Positions 1 through 9,317 are shown, counted from the stretch's first letter. The stretch: 64,000 nucleotides of DNA from Phycisphaerales bacterium (GCA_965227775.1 OZ245777.1:256001-320000); one strand, 5' to 3'. The notes: a model not told the origin generated them from the letters alone. Made by a program: numbers and translations.

Positions 1-328
1 TCATCGACTGCTCGAAGTTGCCAAGCTCCATCATGATGCGCCCGCGGAGCACGTGCGATCGCACGACTCCATCGTTCAGCGCAATTGAGCGGTCGATGTG
101 GTCCAGCGCCTTCTCGGGATCGCCCGAGAGGAATGCCTGGCGGGCCATGTCCCACTCGGTGCCGCTCTTCATGCCGGCCATGCGCTCGGCGGCGGCGTTG
201 CGCGCCTCGGCAGAGGCGCGACCGTTGCCCGAGCACCCGGTCAGGGCCATGGCTCCCACCACCGCGCCGGCCAGGATCGAGAGCTTGGCGGCCTGCGTCA
301 TCGTGTTCATGCGTCGTTCGTTGTGCAT
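1..328 (-). CDS. TPR-repeat lipoprotein, possible secretin pilotin (PilF/PilW-like); runs off the left edge
   Basis: Not in the ORF track; manual translation MHNERRMNTMTQAAKLSILAGAVVGAMALTGCSGNG...ARQAFLSGDPEKALDHIDRSIALNDGVVRSHVLRGRIMMELGNFEQ shows a lipobox LTG|C and a TPR-like helix pair; lies directly downstream of the secretin. Alternative ATG at 310. Confidence 0.75.
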   Translation of the reverse strand, partial: MHNERRMNTMTQAAKLSILAGAVVGAMALTGCSGNGRASAEARNAAAERMAGMKSGTEWDMARQAFLSGDPEKALDHIDRSIALNDGVVRSHVLRGRIMMELGNFEQSM

Positions 329-473
329 CGTCCTGCGTCCTCTCGCGCCCGTTTCCTCGGGCTCGGGCTTCTCGACGCGTGGTTACCACACGCGTCCGGC
401 TGCTACGTACCTTCGGCCCTTTTGAGGCCACGCTGAACCGGACGTGCACGCGCACGCCCGGGTGATGGGGTTA

Positions 474-3400
474 TCAGTCCTGCGACGGGTTCTCGGAAGT
501 GTCACCGTCGCCCGAGTCAGACTCGGTCTGACCGTCGATCTCAAAGTCGGCTTCGGCCGTCTCGAGCTCGATGGTGCTGACCTCGGTGTCGGTGGTCGTC
601 CAGCTCGTGGGCTCGGTGTACCCGTCCCGCGTCACGCTGGGCGACCACTCGAAGCTGTTGAAGCTGAGCGAGGAGAGGAGCGCCTCCTCGAACTGGTCCT
701 CGATCTGCGTCTCGATCGGGCTCGACTCGTCGAAGTTCGGCGTGAACTCGACGGGCTCGGGCATCTCGATCTTGGCCGGAGCGCTGTACGACGAGATCGT
801 GAGCGGTGCATTGGCGACCGTGCCGCTGCCGGCGTTGGTCACGACATTGCTGGGTGCGTTGTCGGCCTCGATCTCGCTCGCGGTCTCGGTCTCTGCTTCT
901 GTCTGGGCTTCGGCCAGTCGGACCGCGTTCAGCGCCTCTTCCTCCGCGAGGCGCTCGGCCTCGGCGATAGCGGCGGCTTCCTCGGCTGCAGCCTTCTCGG
1001 CGGCGGCGATCGCGGCGGCCTCGGCAGCGGCGCGATCGGCCTCCTGCTTGGCGATCACGTCAAGCGGAAGCACGCGGATGACCTTGCCCTCCTCGACGAA
1101 GCCGAGGTTCTGCTGGCCGAGGACCGCGTCGAGGGTCTCCTCGAGCGACAGGCCGTAGAGCGAGGCGCTCACCGTGCCGGCAGCTTCCGGCGAGACGATG
1201 ATGCTGCGGCGGGCCTGGCTGGAGAGGTCCCGCAGGAAGGTCGGGAGCGGTGCGTCCTGCACGTTGACGTCAAAAGTGCGTGCCTCAGCGTCGTACGTGA
1301 TGGCCGGTGCCTCAGGCTCGGTCGTCGTCTCGACAACATCGCTGACGGGCTCTGCATCGGCTTCCTCGGCGGCAGCGCCGATCTCGGCCTTGGCGAGGCT
1401 GCTGATCCAATCCGAGCCCTCGAAGGCGCTCTCGCTGGTCTCGGTCTCGCTCGTCTCGTCGAGCTCGACCGCATCGTTGTCGTTGGTCTCGCGAGCGCTG
1501 GCGAGCTCGGTGTCCTCGAAGCTGGTCTCGGCCGCGGCGAGCGCCTCGGCTTCGGCGGCAACAGGGTCGACCGATTCGATCTCGTCGGTGCCCACGTCGG
1601 CTTCATCGCCGGCAGCGGTCAGAACGTCATCGGTGTCATCGATGTCATCAATGGTCTCGATGTCCGAATCGATCTCGGTGGCGACGACTTCTGTCGTCTC
1701 TTTGCCCTCGGTGCTCTGATCGGCGGCCTCGGTGAGGGCATCGATCTCGCTCTCGAGCGAAGCGCCCTCGTCGATGGTGTCGACCTGCGTGGGCTCGAAC
1801 ATGTCGCCATGCTCGTCGAGATAGAGGTCCATCTCGGTGTCGAACGTGCTGCCGAGCACGCTCATGGTCGGCCAGTCCTGTACCTTCGTGGTCAGGCGCT
1901 CGAGCAGCAGGCGTGCCTGCGGCTGGTTGGGGTTGAGCGAGAGCGAGCGGCGGACGCAGTAGAGGGCCTTCTTGGTGTTGCCCTCCGAGGCGTGCTGCTG
2001 GGCCTCGACGAGCAGACGCGAGGCCTGCTTGTCTCGGCTGAAGGGCAGCAGGCCCTCACGTGTGCCGGAGACGGCGGCGTCGATCAGGTTCTTGGCACGC
2101 TCGGCGTGCTCGGAGACGATCTGGTCGTTCACGATCGTCGGCGTGATCATGAAGATGATCTCAGCGCGATCGGTCGAGTCTTCCCGGCCGCGGAACGGCG
2201 CGCCGATGAACGGCAAGTCGGCGATCCACGGGACCTGGCGGCGGGTGTACTGCGTCCGCTCGCGGAAGAGGCCACCAAGCACGATGGTCTGACCGTCGCG
2301 GACCATGACGTTGGCCGTCAGCTCGTTGGTAGTCTCGTCGGGGATGGTCACGGCGGCGCCGCCCGAGTCGGTGGCGTCGCGGATGACGGCCTCGGACACC
2401 TGCGGCTTGAGCTCCAGGCGGATCAGTCCGTCGCGCGACACGAATGGACGGAAGTAGAGCTGGGTACCGGTATCGAGGAACTCGACGGTCTGGGTCGTAC
2501 CCGTCTGCGTCGTGGTGCTGCTCAGGTAGCCAACACGCTCACCCACGAGCACGCGGGCGGGCTGACGGTTGAGCGTGAGCACCTTCGGGCGTGCGATGAT
2601 CGTGGTGTCGGTCACCTCGTCGAGCACGCGGAGGAAGGCGGCGAAGTCGCCATCGACGTAACCGACCTTCAGCGTGGCTGGGCCGTTGGTGCGACCAACA
2701 CTCGATACCGCGCCGTTGGCGCTGCCGTTGTTGGTGCTGGGCAAGGCGGTCGGCGAACCAGACACGTCCTGGCCCTGGCCATCGATGAGGTTGTTCACGG
2801 CGTTGAGCGGGCCGCCCAGGAAGTCGCCAAAGTTCATGTTGCCGATGATCGAGAAGTCGACGCCGAAGGCGTTGTTCTCGGTCAGTGCGGCCTGGAGGAT
2901 GGTCGCCTCGACCAACACCTGGCTTGGCTTGGTATCAATCTGGACCAGCAGATCGCGGATTGCGTCGACGTTCTCCTCGAAGTCAACGACGACGATGAAG
3001 GCTTCGGTCGCCAGATCGTCGGCACCGACCGGAGCGTTATCGGGAATCTGGAAGGGCGAGGTCTTGCCCGGGGCTTTGATCTGCCCATTCTCGCTGAGCA
3101 GCGCCTGAGCGAACTCGGCGGCGTCGCTCGAGTTGATGTAGTCAAGCGGGATCACGGCGGTGGTGCGCTCGCGGCTGCTCTCGATGAGAACCTTGATCTC
3201 CTCGGCGGTGTAGACGTAGATGAAGTTTCCTTCTTCCACGTAGCCAAAGCCGTTGACGTGCAGGATGGCGTCGAGCGCCTCGTAGAAGGTCACGCCGTAG
3301 AGGGTGGCCGTGACGTTGGCGGCCACGTTCTTGCTGGCCACGATGTTTCGCTGGCTCTGGATCGAGAGGAGCTGGAGCACGTCGGCGAGGTCTTCGTCGA

Positions 3401-3650
3401 CGACGTGCAGGTCGACGATCAGGTGCTCGTCAACCTTTACCTCGCCCTGGATCGGCACGCTGGACTCGTCGCCCTTGGGCTTGCCGTCGGCTGAGATGAG
3501 TTCGGGAGTCTTCTCAAGCGAGAAGGCGTCGCCCGACTGCGCGAGCGATGCGGGGCTGCCGGCCAACGCGCCAAGCGCCGCGGCCGAGGCGGTGGTCAGC
3601 GTCACGTTCTTGCCGGACGCGGTCTGCTTGTTGCTGCTGTGAACCGTCAT
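474..3650 (-). CDS. Secretin (GspD/PilQ family) with long acidic C-terminal extension and a second N0-like domain
   Basis: Signal peptide, N0 domain (VDEDLADVLQLLSIQSQRNIV), QVLVEATILQ, PKVLTLNRQPARVLVGERVGY, VRDGQTIVLGGLF, VPWIADLPFIGAPFR, EIIFMITPTIV secretin motifs. Confidence 0.93.
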   Translation of the reverse strand: MTVHSSNKQTASGKNVTLTTASAAALGALAGSPASLAQSGDAFSLEKTPELISADGKPKGDESSVPIQGEVKVDEHLIVDLHVVDEDLADVLQLLSIQSQRNIVASKNVAANVTATLYGVTFYEALDAILHVNGFGYVEEGNFIYVYTAEEIKVLIESSRERTTAVIPLDYINSSDAAEFAQALLSENGQIKAPGKTSPFQIPDNAPVGADDLATEAFIVVVDFEENVDAIRDLLVQIDTKPSQVLVEATILQAALTENNAFGVDFSIIGNMNFGDFLGGPLNAVNNLIDGQGQDVSGSPTALPSTNNGSANGAVSSVGRTNGPATLKVGYVDGDFAAFLRVLDEVTDTTIIARPKVLTLNRQPARVLVGERVGYLSSTTTQTGTTQTVEFLDTGTQLYFRPFVSRDGLIRLELKPQVSEAVIRDATDSGGAAVTIPDETTNELTANVMVRDGQTIVLGGLFRERTQYTRRQVPWIADLPFIGAPFRGREDSTDRAEIIFMITPTIVNDQIVSEHAERAKNLIDAAVSGTREGLLPFSRDKQASRLLVEAQQHASEGNTKKALYCVRRSLSLNPNQPQARLLLERLTTKVQDWPTMSVLGSTFDTEMDLYLDEHGDMFEPTQVDTIDEGASLESEIDALTEAADQSTEGKETTEVVATEIDSDIETIDDIDDTDDVLTAAGDEADVGTDEIESVDPVAAEAEALAAAETSFEDTELASARETNDNDAVELDETSETETSESAFEGSDWISSLAKAEIGAAAEEADAEPVSDVVETTTEPEAPAITYDAEARTFDVNVQDAPLPTFLRDLSSQARRSIIVSPEAAGTVSASLYGLSLEETLDAVLGQQNLGFVEEGKVIRVLPLDVIAKQEADRAAAEAAAIAAAEKAAAEEAAAIAEAERLAEEEALNAVRLAEAQTEAETETASEIEADNAPSNVVTNAGSGTVANAPLTISSYSAPAKIEMPEPVEFTPNFDESSPIETQIEDQFEEALLSSLSFNSFEWSPSVTRDGYTEPTSWTTTDTEVSTIELETAEADFEIDGQTESDSGDGDTSENPSQD

Positions 3651-3850
3651 GGTGCTGTTCCCTCGATCCGTGGTGTGTCAACGCATTGCCTGATGGTCAC
3701 GGCCCCTGCGGCTCGCCCACGGCAACATGCCCCCTATTCCTCGACACTCTGCCAAACGCACTTCCTGATCCAGTACCCCAAATCGAAACAACCGGCCAAC
3801 CTGTGCTGCGTGGGCAAGGCGTGCCGGTCGTGCGGGGTATGTGGGTTGGC

Positions 3851-4078
3851 TTAGCGTGCGCTATCGGCGGCGTTGCGCGATGCACTATCGGTCTGCGCTT
3901 GCTTTGTCTCGGGCGCGGCGTAGGCCTGTCGAGGCACATCGGTCACGAGTCGAAGGCGTAGCCAGATCAGCGCGGTAAAGAGGAGCACCGCGAGCGCAAG
4001 CCCATAGCCGGAGCGTCCGAGAAAGGCCGCGAGCGCTGTGCGAGCCGGGGGACGCGTGCTTGGTTGGGTGGTCGCCAT
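3851..4078 (-). CDS. Small (75 aa) single-TM protein in the pilin/secretin cluster
   Basis: ATG at 4078, MATTQPSTRPPARTALAAFLGRSGYGLALAVLLFTALIWLRLRLVTDVPRQAYAAPE; fills the gap between pilin and secretin on the same strand. Confidence 0.65.
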   Translation of the reverse strand: MATTQPSTRPPARTALAAFLGRSGYGLALAVLLFTALIWLRLRLVTDVPRQAYAAPETKQAQTDSASRNAADSAR

Positions 4079-4169
4079 AGGTCGATGCCTCCGACTTGTT
4101 AAGTCGGGTCGATCACAACTGGCATTGAGTGAAAGTGCGGACGAGCCAGGCCGGAAGGAGTCTCGTGCC

Positions 4170-4694
4170 TTACTCGCGCTCGACGAGCACGCGGCCCGTG
4201 TAGGCCTCGACCGTGATGCGGAAGGTCTGGCCGATCGCATCGCGGATGAGGATGAAGCCGCCCGAGCTTGGGCGGTCTCCCGTGGCGGTCTCGACCGGAC
4301 CACCCAGCTCGTCGAAGATCAGGATGTTGTCTCCGTCGAAGTCGACATCGACGATCGCAGCCCCGGCGGTTCGATCCTCGTCGAAGAGGACTTCGTACCG
4401 GGCGCCATCGCGCGTGATGTCGAAGAGCGCGTCAACGTCCGGATCGATGACCGAGCCGCGGACCTCGCAGAGCACGTAGCGCCCCTCACCCTCGAAGAAT
4501 ACGATGGCCCGCCGCGTTTGGTATGCGACGGCGTCGCTCTGGGCAAAGGTGATATCGGACACCATCTCGCGCACGGCGGCCTGGACGCGCAGGTTGCCCG
4601 CGGAGCTCATCGACGGCACAACCATCGCGGCAGCCGTTCCGAGAATGGCCACAACGACGAGCACCTCGAGAAGCGTGTAGGCACGAGCGCGCAT
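4170..4694 (-). CDS. Prepilin-type minor pseudopilin (GspH/FimT-like)
   Basis: MRARA|YTLLEVLVVVAILG class III signal; AAVREMVSDITFAQSDAV and LIFDELGGP GspH-like motifs; AAAGGAG SD upstream of ATG 4694. Confidence 0.88.
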   Translation of the reverse strand: MRARAYTLLEVLVVVAILGTAAAMVVPSMSSAGNLRVQAAVREMVSDITFAQSDAVAYQTRRAIVFFEGEGRYVLCEVRGSVIDPDVDALFDITRDGARYEVLFDEDRTAGAAIVDVDFDGDNILIFDELGGPVETATGDRPSSGGFILIRDAIGQTFRITVEAYTGRVLVERE

Positions 4695-4722
4695 GGAGAC
4701 TCCTTTCGTCACAGGGGGTGCA

Positions 4723-5166
4723 CTACGGCTGGCGAGGAAGCGGAACATCCTCGTCATCGAATCCCCCCGCCCAGACGCGGCCGGTCGCTGCGTCGTAAAT
4801 CCACGCGTGATCGGTCTGGTAGGTCGCGTCGGGCGCATCGCCGAACGAGATCACGCGGCGGTTCTCGCCGCCGACGTACGAGTTCACTGGCGCCGACATC
4901 AGGTAGCTGGTCGTGTCACCCACGATCTCGCCCCACGTGCCGTCGCCCTCCTCGATGGTCGGGAAGGCGTCCTCACGTGAGCGGTAGACGACGAGGTGGC
5001 GGCGAATCTTGCCCAGGTCGTAAAGCGTCGAGTTCACCTGCGACTCTTCCTGGGCCCCCACCATCTGCGGCACCACGATCGCCGCGAGAAGCGCGAGGAT
5101 CACGACTACGATGAGGATCTCGACGAGCGTGAATGCGGTGCGCACCGCGGAGACGCCGTAGGCCAT
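4723..5166 (-). CDS. Prepilin-type pilin/pseudopilin (GspG-like)
   Basis: RTA|FTLVEILIVVVILALLAAIVVPQ N-methylation motif; YLMSAPVN and WIYDAATGRVWAGGFD shared with the neighbouring paralog; GGAGG SD before ATG 5166. Confidence 0.9.
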   Translation of the reverse strand: MAYGVSAVRTAFTLVEILIVVVILALLAAIVVPQMVGAQEESQVNSTLYDLGKIRRHLVVYRSREDAFPTIEEGDGTWGEIVGDTTSYLMSAPVNSYVGGENRRVISFGDAPDATYQTDHAWIYDAATGRVWAGGFDDEDVPLPRQP

Positions 5167-5254
5167 TTCGCGAAACCTCCGTCCAACCTGCAACCGAAAG
5201 GCCCGATCTGGGTGTTACCCCAGAACGGGCGAAGAGTCATGCAATCAGGCCGAT

Positions 5255-5716
5255 TTACGGCTCGATCCAACCGCCGGTGACCTCGTCGAAGCCATTCATC
5301 CAGATGCGGCCGGTAGCTTCGTCGTAGACCCAACCGTCGTCGCCCTGGGCAACGGCAGCGGCAGGCGCGTCCACGCCAGCAACCACGGTGGCGGTGCCGG
5401 TGCGGGGGTTCTGCGGGGCCACGCGGAGGTAGTCCGCGTTGACGATGCTCAGCCAGCCGCCGGCCGGCTCGGTGAGCGGATCGGCCGCGTCACCATCGAA
5501 GATGTCATCCAGAGCCGGGGGGGTGCCGTTGTTGCGAACGCGGAACAGCTCGATCTGGTTGCGAACCGTCTGGAGCTGGCTCTCCGCGCTGCTCACCTGA
5601 GCATCCTCGCTGGCGCTGGTAAACTGGGGAATGACGATCGCGGCCAGGATGCCGAGGATCACCACAACGATCAGAATTTCAACAAGCGTAAACGCCTTAC
5701 GAACCTGTGCGCGCAT
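5255..5716 (-). CDS. Prepilin-type major pilin/pseudopilin (GspG-like)
   Basis: MRAQVRKA|FTLVEILIVVVILGILAAIVIPQF; LQTVRNQIELF, YLRVAPQNP, WVYDEATGRIW; AGGAGG SD upstream. Confidence 0.92.
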   Translation of the reverse strand: MRAQVRKAFTLVEILIVVVILGILAAIVIPQFTSASEDAQVSSAESQLQTVRNQIELFRVRNNGTPPALDDIFDGDAADPLTEPAGGWLSIVNADYLRVAPQNPRTGTATVVAGVDAPAAAVAQGDDGWVYDEATGRIWMNGFDEVTGGWIEP

Positions 5717-5990
5717 CTTGCGTGCCCTCCTAGGTACCCGCCGCCCGAGCTCTCGCCGAACCCTTCGGCATCGCGTCGTCACGCTCGCGCGGGCGACCCT
5801 CTGTCACGGTCCTCGCCGGACACCATGTCCGCCGAAGCCAAGACCAGCATCGGATTCGCGCGTCGGTCGATCCGGCTCGCGTGCGTCGTCGAGCGAGAAT
5901 CGGCACCGGTCGTATGGGTCGTGACGGATGGGGCACGCGCAGACAGGCAGATACGGGTTATCGACCCTGGTTTGGCGTGAAATGCGCATC

Positions 5991-6015
5991 AAAAAGCCCG
6001 GGCTCGAGCCCGGGC
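5991..6015 (-). terminator. Intrinsic terminator after the HEAT-repeat gene
   Basis: GCCCGGGC-TCGA-GCCCGGGC palindrome followed by TTTTT on the minus strand, about 30 nt after the stop at 6045. Confidence 0.85.
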
Positions 6016-6044
6016 ATTACTTCAAGCTGGTGAACTTCTACCTG

Positions 6045-8213
6045 TTACGAGCCGCGGCCGTCGAGGATCAGGGCGGCAAGGTCCTCGCTCGGAACGCCCA
6101 GCGAACCCAGGAGACCCGCTGCGGCGATGGCCTCGGCGTCATTCCCAGCACGGGCGATCTGCAGCAGACGCTGGATCTGACGCTCGAGCAACTGGTTGCC
6201 AGTACGGCGGGCCGAGTTCGACGTGTGCCCAAGCAGCGCGACGCGCTGGGCGCCCTGCGCCTGCACGGCACGATCAAAGATGGCCTGCTGGGCCTCGGCC
6301 TGATCGATCCAGGACAGCAGCTCGGCAAGGCGAAGCTCGAGCAGCCCCTCATCGTTCTCGAGCGCCTGGACGAGCTGGCTCGTGGCGTCCGAAGCAACAA
6401 TCACCTGATTCTGCGAGATTGCAAGCTCGAGCAACGCGTCGATAGCCTCGGCGGCGTAGATGGTGGCCTCTTCTTCGGAGATCGGTCCGCCCAGCGTGCG
6501 GTCGGACAGGTCCTCAATGGTGGCACGCATCTGGTCGCTGCGGATGCCGGCAGTGCGCACCGCGATGGTGCGATCCGACCCGTAGCGACGGCCGAGTTCG
6601 ATCTCGTCGGTGCCATCCGACAGCAGCAGCAGCGGCGCGGCCATCAGGCGGTTGGTGGCATCCTTCTGGGCAACCAGACCGACGGACTGATCCAGCGGCA
6701 GGCTGGCGACGATGAGGTCGACGCTCGCGGCCGTCTCGTACTCCTGCTGCAGGGCGTTGAGCGACTCACCCGCGGGGCTGACGCGGTAACCCATGCCTTC
6801 GAGCATGCGCTGCAGGCCACGACCAACTTCGGGATCGCTCGCAACCACCAGGGCGTAGCGGTCGGTCGCGCCACGAATCGACGAGGCAAGGATCGGGGCG
6901 ACCAGATCGCTGCGTTCGAACGGTGCGTTGGGCTGCGCGTTGGCAAAGGCGAGGGCCGCCTCGTACTGCACGCGGCGGTTGGGGTAGGTCAGCGACTGCA
7001 CGAGCGGCTGCGAATTGCCGGTCGAACCGACCCACAGATCGCTGCCGCCGGCGGTCTTGCCGATGGCCTCGATTGCCTTGCGAGCGAGCTGGGTGTTGCT
7101 CGTCGCGATTGCACGCGAGAGCACGTTCTGGGCGATCGTGGAGCCAGCCGCAACGGCGTAGTACATCGGCTCACGCAGGCCCAGATCGAGGTTGGCGTCC
7201 TGCGGACGCTCGATGTCCAGGCGGAGGTACGACGCGACCCAGAGAGCCGCAGCGGTCGCGTTCGGGCGGCGCACGAGGCGGAGCGAATCCTCGCTCAGCT
7301 TCATCGCCATCATCTCGTGGTAGACCGGCGTGGGAACCGACTCGAAGAGCAGGCCGCCGGCGGTTGCTTCGTAGCGCCACACGGGCTGGCTTGCCTCGCC
7401 CGGGAAGCTGGTGACGCCGGCCTCTTCGGCGGAGTAGTTCTCGGCGACGTCGACGTAGAGCTCGTGAGCGGGCGAGCCGCCGCCGGTGCCGATGGCGTCC
7501 ATGGCGCGCTGGGCGGCATCACGGACCTCTCCGTTGCTCGAGTTCTGCGCGACCTCGGCAAGGAACGGGGCGGAGGTGTCGTAACCAATCTGGCCGAGGA
7601 GGTCGGCGATAGTGCGCTGGGTCTGCGGCGCGGTCTCGCGCAACGCAACACTCAGCGGCATGACGGCCTGCTGGCCAAGCTGCACCAAGACGGCGCGCAC
7701 TTCCCGGACCAAGGCGGGGTCGCCGCCCTCGTCGATGACGCGGAGCAGCTGCGGGACGGCATACTCACCGGCGGCCACAAGGCGGTCCTTGGCAATCAGC
7801 CGGCCACGCAAGGGGCCGGTCAGCATCGCGATGTTCTCGGCGATCTCCTGCGGATCGCGGGCGCGCTGCAGGCGGCCCTCGCTATACAGCTGACGCAACG
7901 CGGCGGCCTGTGCTTCGGCAAGCCCGGAGCGGATGGCCTCGCTCACGGCGCGATCGAAGCGGTCTTCGAGGCCCGCGTTCTCGACGAGATCCACGAATGC
8001 ACGCGGGTCGATGCTGCGACCGAGCAACTGGGCGGCGTAGTCGGCCGCCACGTCGTCGCGATCGATGAAGACGAAGTGGATGAACTCGTCAAGCAGCTGG
8101 CGATCGGTCAAGCGATCGGGGCCGTCCTGAGCAAGGGCCGGGGCGGCCAGATGGGTCGAAAGGGCCAGTGCCAGGCAGCCGGCGAAGGTGGGCAGGGTCG
8201 ATCGCGAGAACAT
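6045..8213 (-). CDS. Exported HEAT/ARM-repeat protein
   Basis: Signal peptide ending AAPALA|QD; HEAT-like repeats (GEYAVPQLL, LGQQAVMPL, ADLLGQIGY, ARKAIEAIG, RRVQYEAALA). Start may be GTG 8219. Confidence 0.8.
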   Translation of the reverse strand: MFSRSTLPTFAGCLALALSTHLAAPALAQDGPDRLTDRQLLDEFIHFVFIDRDDVAADYAAQLLGRSIDPRAFVDLVENAGLEDRFDRAVSEAIRSGLAEAQAAALRQLYSEGRLQRARDPQEIAENIAMLTGPLRGRLIAKDRLVAAGEYAVPQLLRVIDEGGDPALVREVRAVLVQLGQQAVMPLSVALRETAPQTQRTIADLLGQIGYDTSAPFLAEVAQNSSNGEVRDAAQRAMDAIGTGGGSPAHELYVDVAENYSAEEAGVTSFPGEASQPVWRYEATAGGLLFESVPTPVYHEMMAMKLSEDSLRLVRRPNATAAALWVASYLRLDIERPQDANLDLGLREPMYYAVAAGSTIAQNVLSRAIATSNTQLARKAIEAIGKTAGGSDLWVGSTGNSQPLVQSLTYPNRRVQYEAALAFANAQPNAPFERSDLVAPILASSIRGATDRYALVVASDPEVGRGLQRMLEGMGYRVSPAGESLNALQQEYETAASVDLIVASLPLDQSVGLVAQKDATNRLMAAPLLLLSDGTDEIELGRRYGSDRTIAVRTAGIRSDQMRATIEDLSDRTLGGPISEEEATIYAAEAIDALLELAISQNQVIVASDATSQLVQALENDEGLLELRLAELLSWIDQAEAQQAIFDRAVQAQGAQRVALLGHTSNSARRTGNQLLERQIQRLLQIARAGNDAEAIAAAGLLGSLGVPSEDLAALILDGRGS

Positions 8214-8651
8214 GGGCACGAGCTGCACTCCTCTATTCATCAGTTCGGTGAGGCCTGACACGACTCCACGCCGATCCCTGGGGCCGCAAGGGCCCCCGAG
8301 GGGGTCGTGAGGATAGACCAGCGCCGGCCCGGGGGCAGGCTCGACCAAAACGGACCTGGCGCTGGTGGGTGACCGTACGGGCCCGACGCGGGACGGATGC
8401 ATGGACAGGGCGCCGCCGCACCCAACGGCTGAGGCTCCTCGCACCTCTCTCGGTAGAGCCGATAGCCGGTTCTCGTTCGTCCCAGAACGGCCGTCGGAGG
8501 CCGCTATGTCCGCCTAACCCACAGAAACTGCAGAACTTACGGCGTATTCATCGCTTCCGGCGTCAAGCGACCAGCCCGCGCCGCCGATCTCACTGGCGTC
8601 CGCAGCAGGCCGCAGCGCTCGGGGCGCTGGGAAGGGATGTGAGGTGTAGCC

Positions 8652-9227
8652 ATGCCGTTCGAGAAGGACGTGCTGACGACTGGAGAGGTGGCGGAGATCT
8701 GCAAGGTCGCCCCGCGCACGGTGAGCAAGTGGTTCGATTCGGGAGAGCTCGAGGGTTATCGGATTCCTGGTTCCAAGGACCGGCGCATCCCCCTTCCCGC
8801 ACTCGTCAAGTTCATGAAAAAGCATCGCATGCCGTTGGACGGCCTGAAGACCACCGGCACCCGCGTGCTGCTTGTTGATAGCGATGCCGCGGTCATCGAG
8901 GGCCTCGGAAGCATCATCGCCGAGCAGACCGACTACGAGGTCTCGACGGCGACCACCAGCTTCCAGGCCGGCATGCTGTGCGAGAAGCTCCGCCCCCACG
9001 TCCTGCTGATCGACCTGCACCTGGGAGAGAACGAGGCCCAACAGGTGGTGCAGATGGTCAGGTCGAACGACCAACTCGCGATGACTCGCATCATCGCCCT
9101 GAGCAACCGCCTGACTGACGGCCAGGCCCAGGGGCTGAAGAGCCAGGGCTTCGACGCGTTCCTCCGCAAGCCGTTCCCGGCTCGCGAGGCGCTTCGGATC
9201 ATCGACGCGATGACGACGATGATCTGA
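8652..9227 (+). CDS. Response regulator with N-terminal MerR/excisionase-type HTH and C-terminal receiver domain
   Basis: LTTGEVAEICKVAPRTVSKWFDSGELEGYRIPGSKDRRIP HTH; RVLLVD...PHVLLIDL...FLRKPF REC motifs; GAGGTG SD. Confidence 0.92.
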   Translation: MPFEKDVLTTGEVAEICKVAPRTVSKWFDSGELEGYRIPGSKDRRIPLPALVKFMKKHRMPLDGLKTTGTRVLLVDSDAAVIEGLGSIIAEQTDYEVSTATTSFQAGMLCEKLRPHVLLIDLHLGENEAQQVVQMVRSNDQLAMTRIIALSNRLTDGQAQGLKSQGFDAFLRKPFPAREALRIIDAMTTMI

Positions 9228-9256
9228 CCCCACCCACTATGCGGACGAGAACAGAA

Positions 9257-9285
9257 CGAGCCCGCGCCGTGATGGCGCGGGCTCG
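9257..9285. terminator. Hairpin between convergent genes (probable terminator)
   Basis: CGAGCCCGCGCC-GTGAT-GGCGCGGGCTCG, 12-bp perfect stem. Confidence 0.7.
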
Positions 9286-9317
9286 AGTCGTTGATGGACC
9301 GAGTTCGTCGAGAGCGA

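Noticed and set aside
444..3494. 1016-aa plus-strand ORF, and similar long shadow ORFs (5928-8258, 11618-13957, 29778-32621, 42644-44575, 57031-59199)
   Set aside because: Antisense to well-supported genes; expected from high-GC codon bias; no recognisable motifs.
3861..3892. Two CCGATAG boxes upstream of the secretin
   Set aside because: They lie inside the small ORF (codons for ADS/TDS) with poor -35 matches; could be chance.
5973..5987. TGGCGTG-AAAT-GCGC resembling a sigma54 -24/-12 promoter
   Set aside because: Lacks TTGC and points away from the pilin genes, into a terminator.
8260..8310. GGGGCC-GCAA-GGGCCCC hairpin within a larger possible stem
   Set aside because: No match to tRNA, tmRNA, SRP, RNase P or riboswitch motifs I can recognise; G/C-run pairing is common here.
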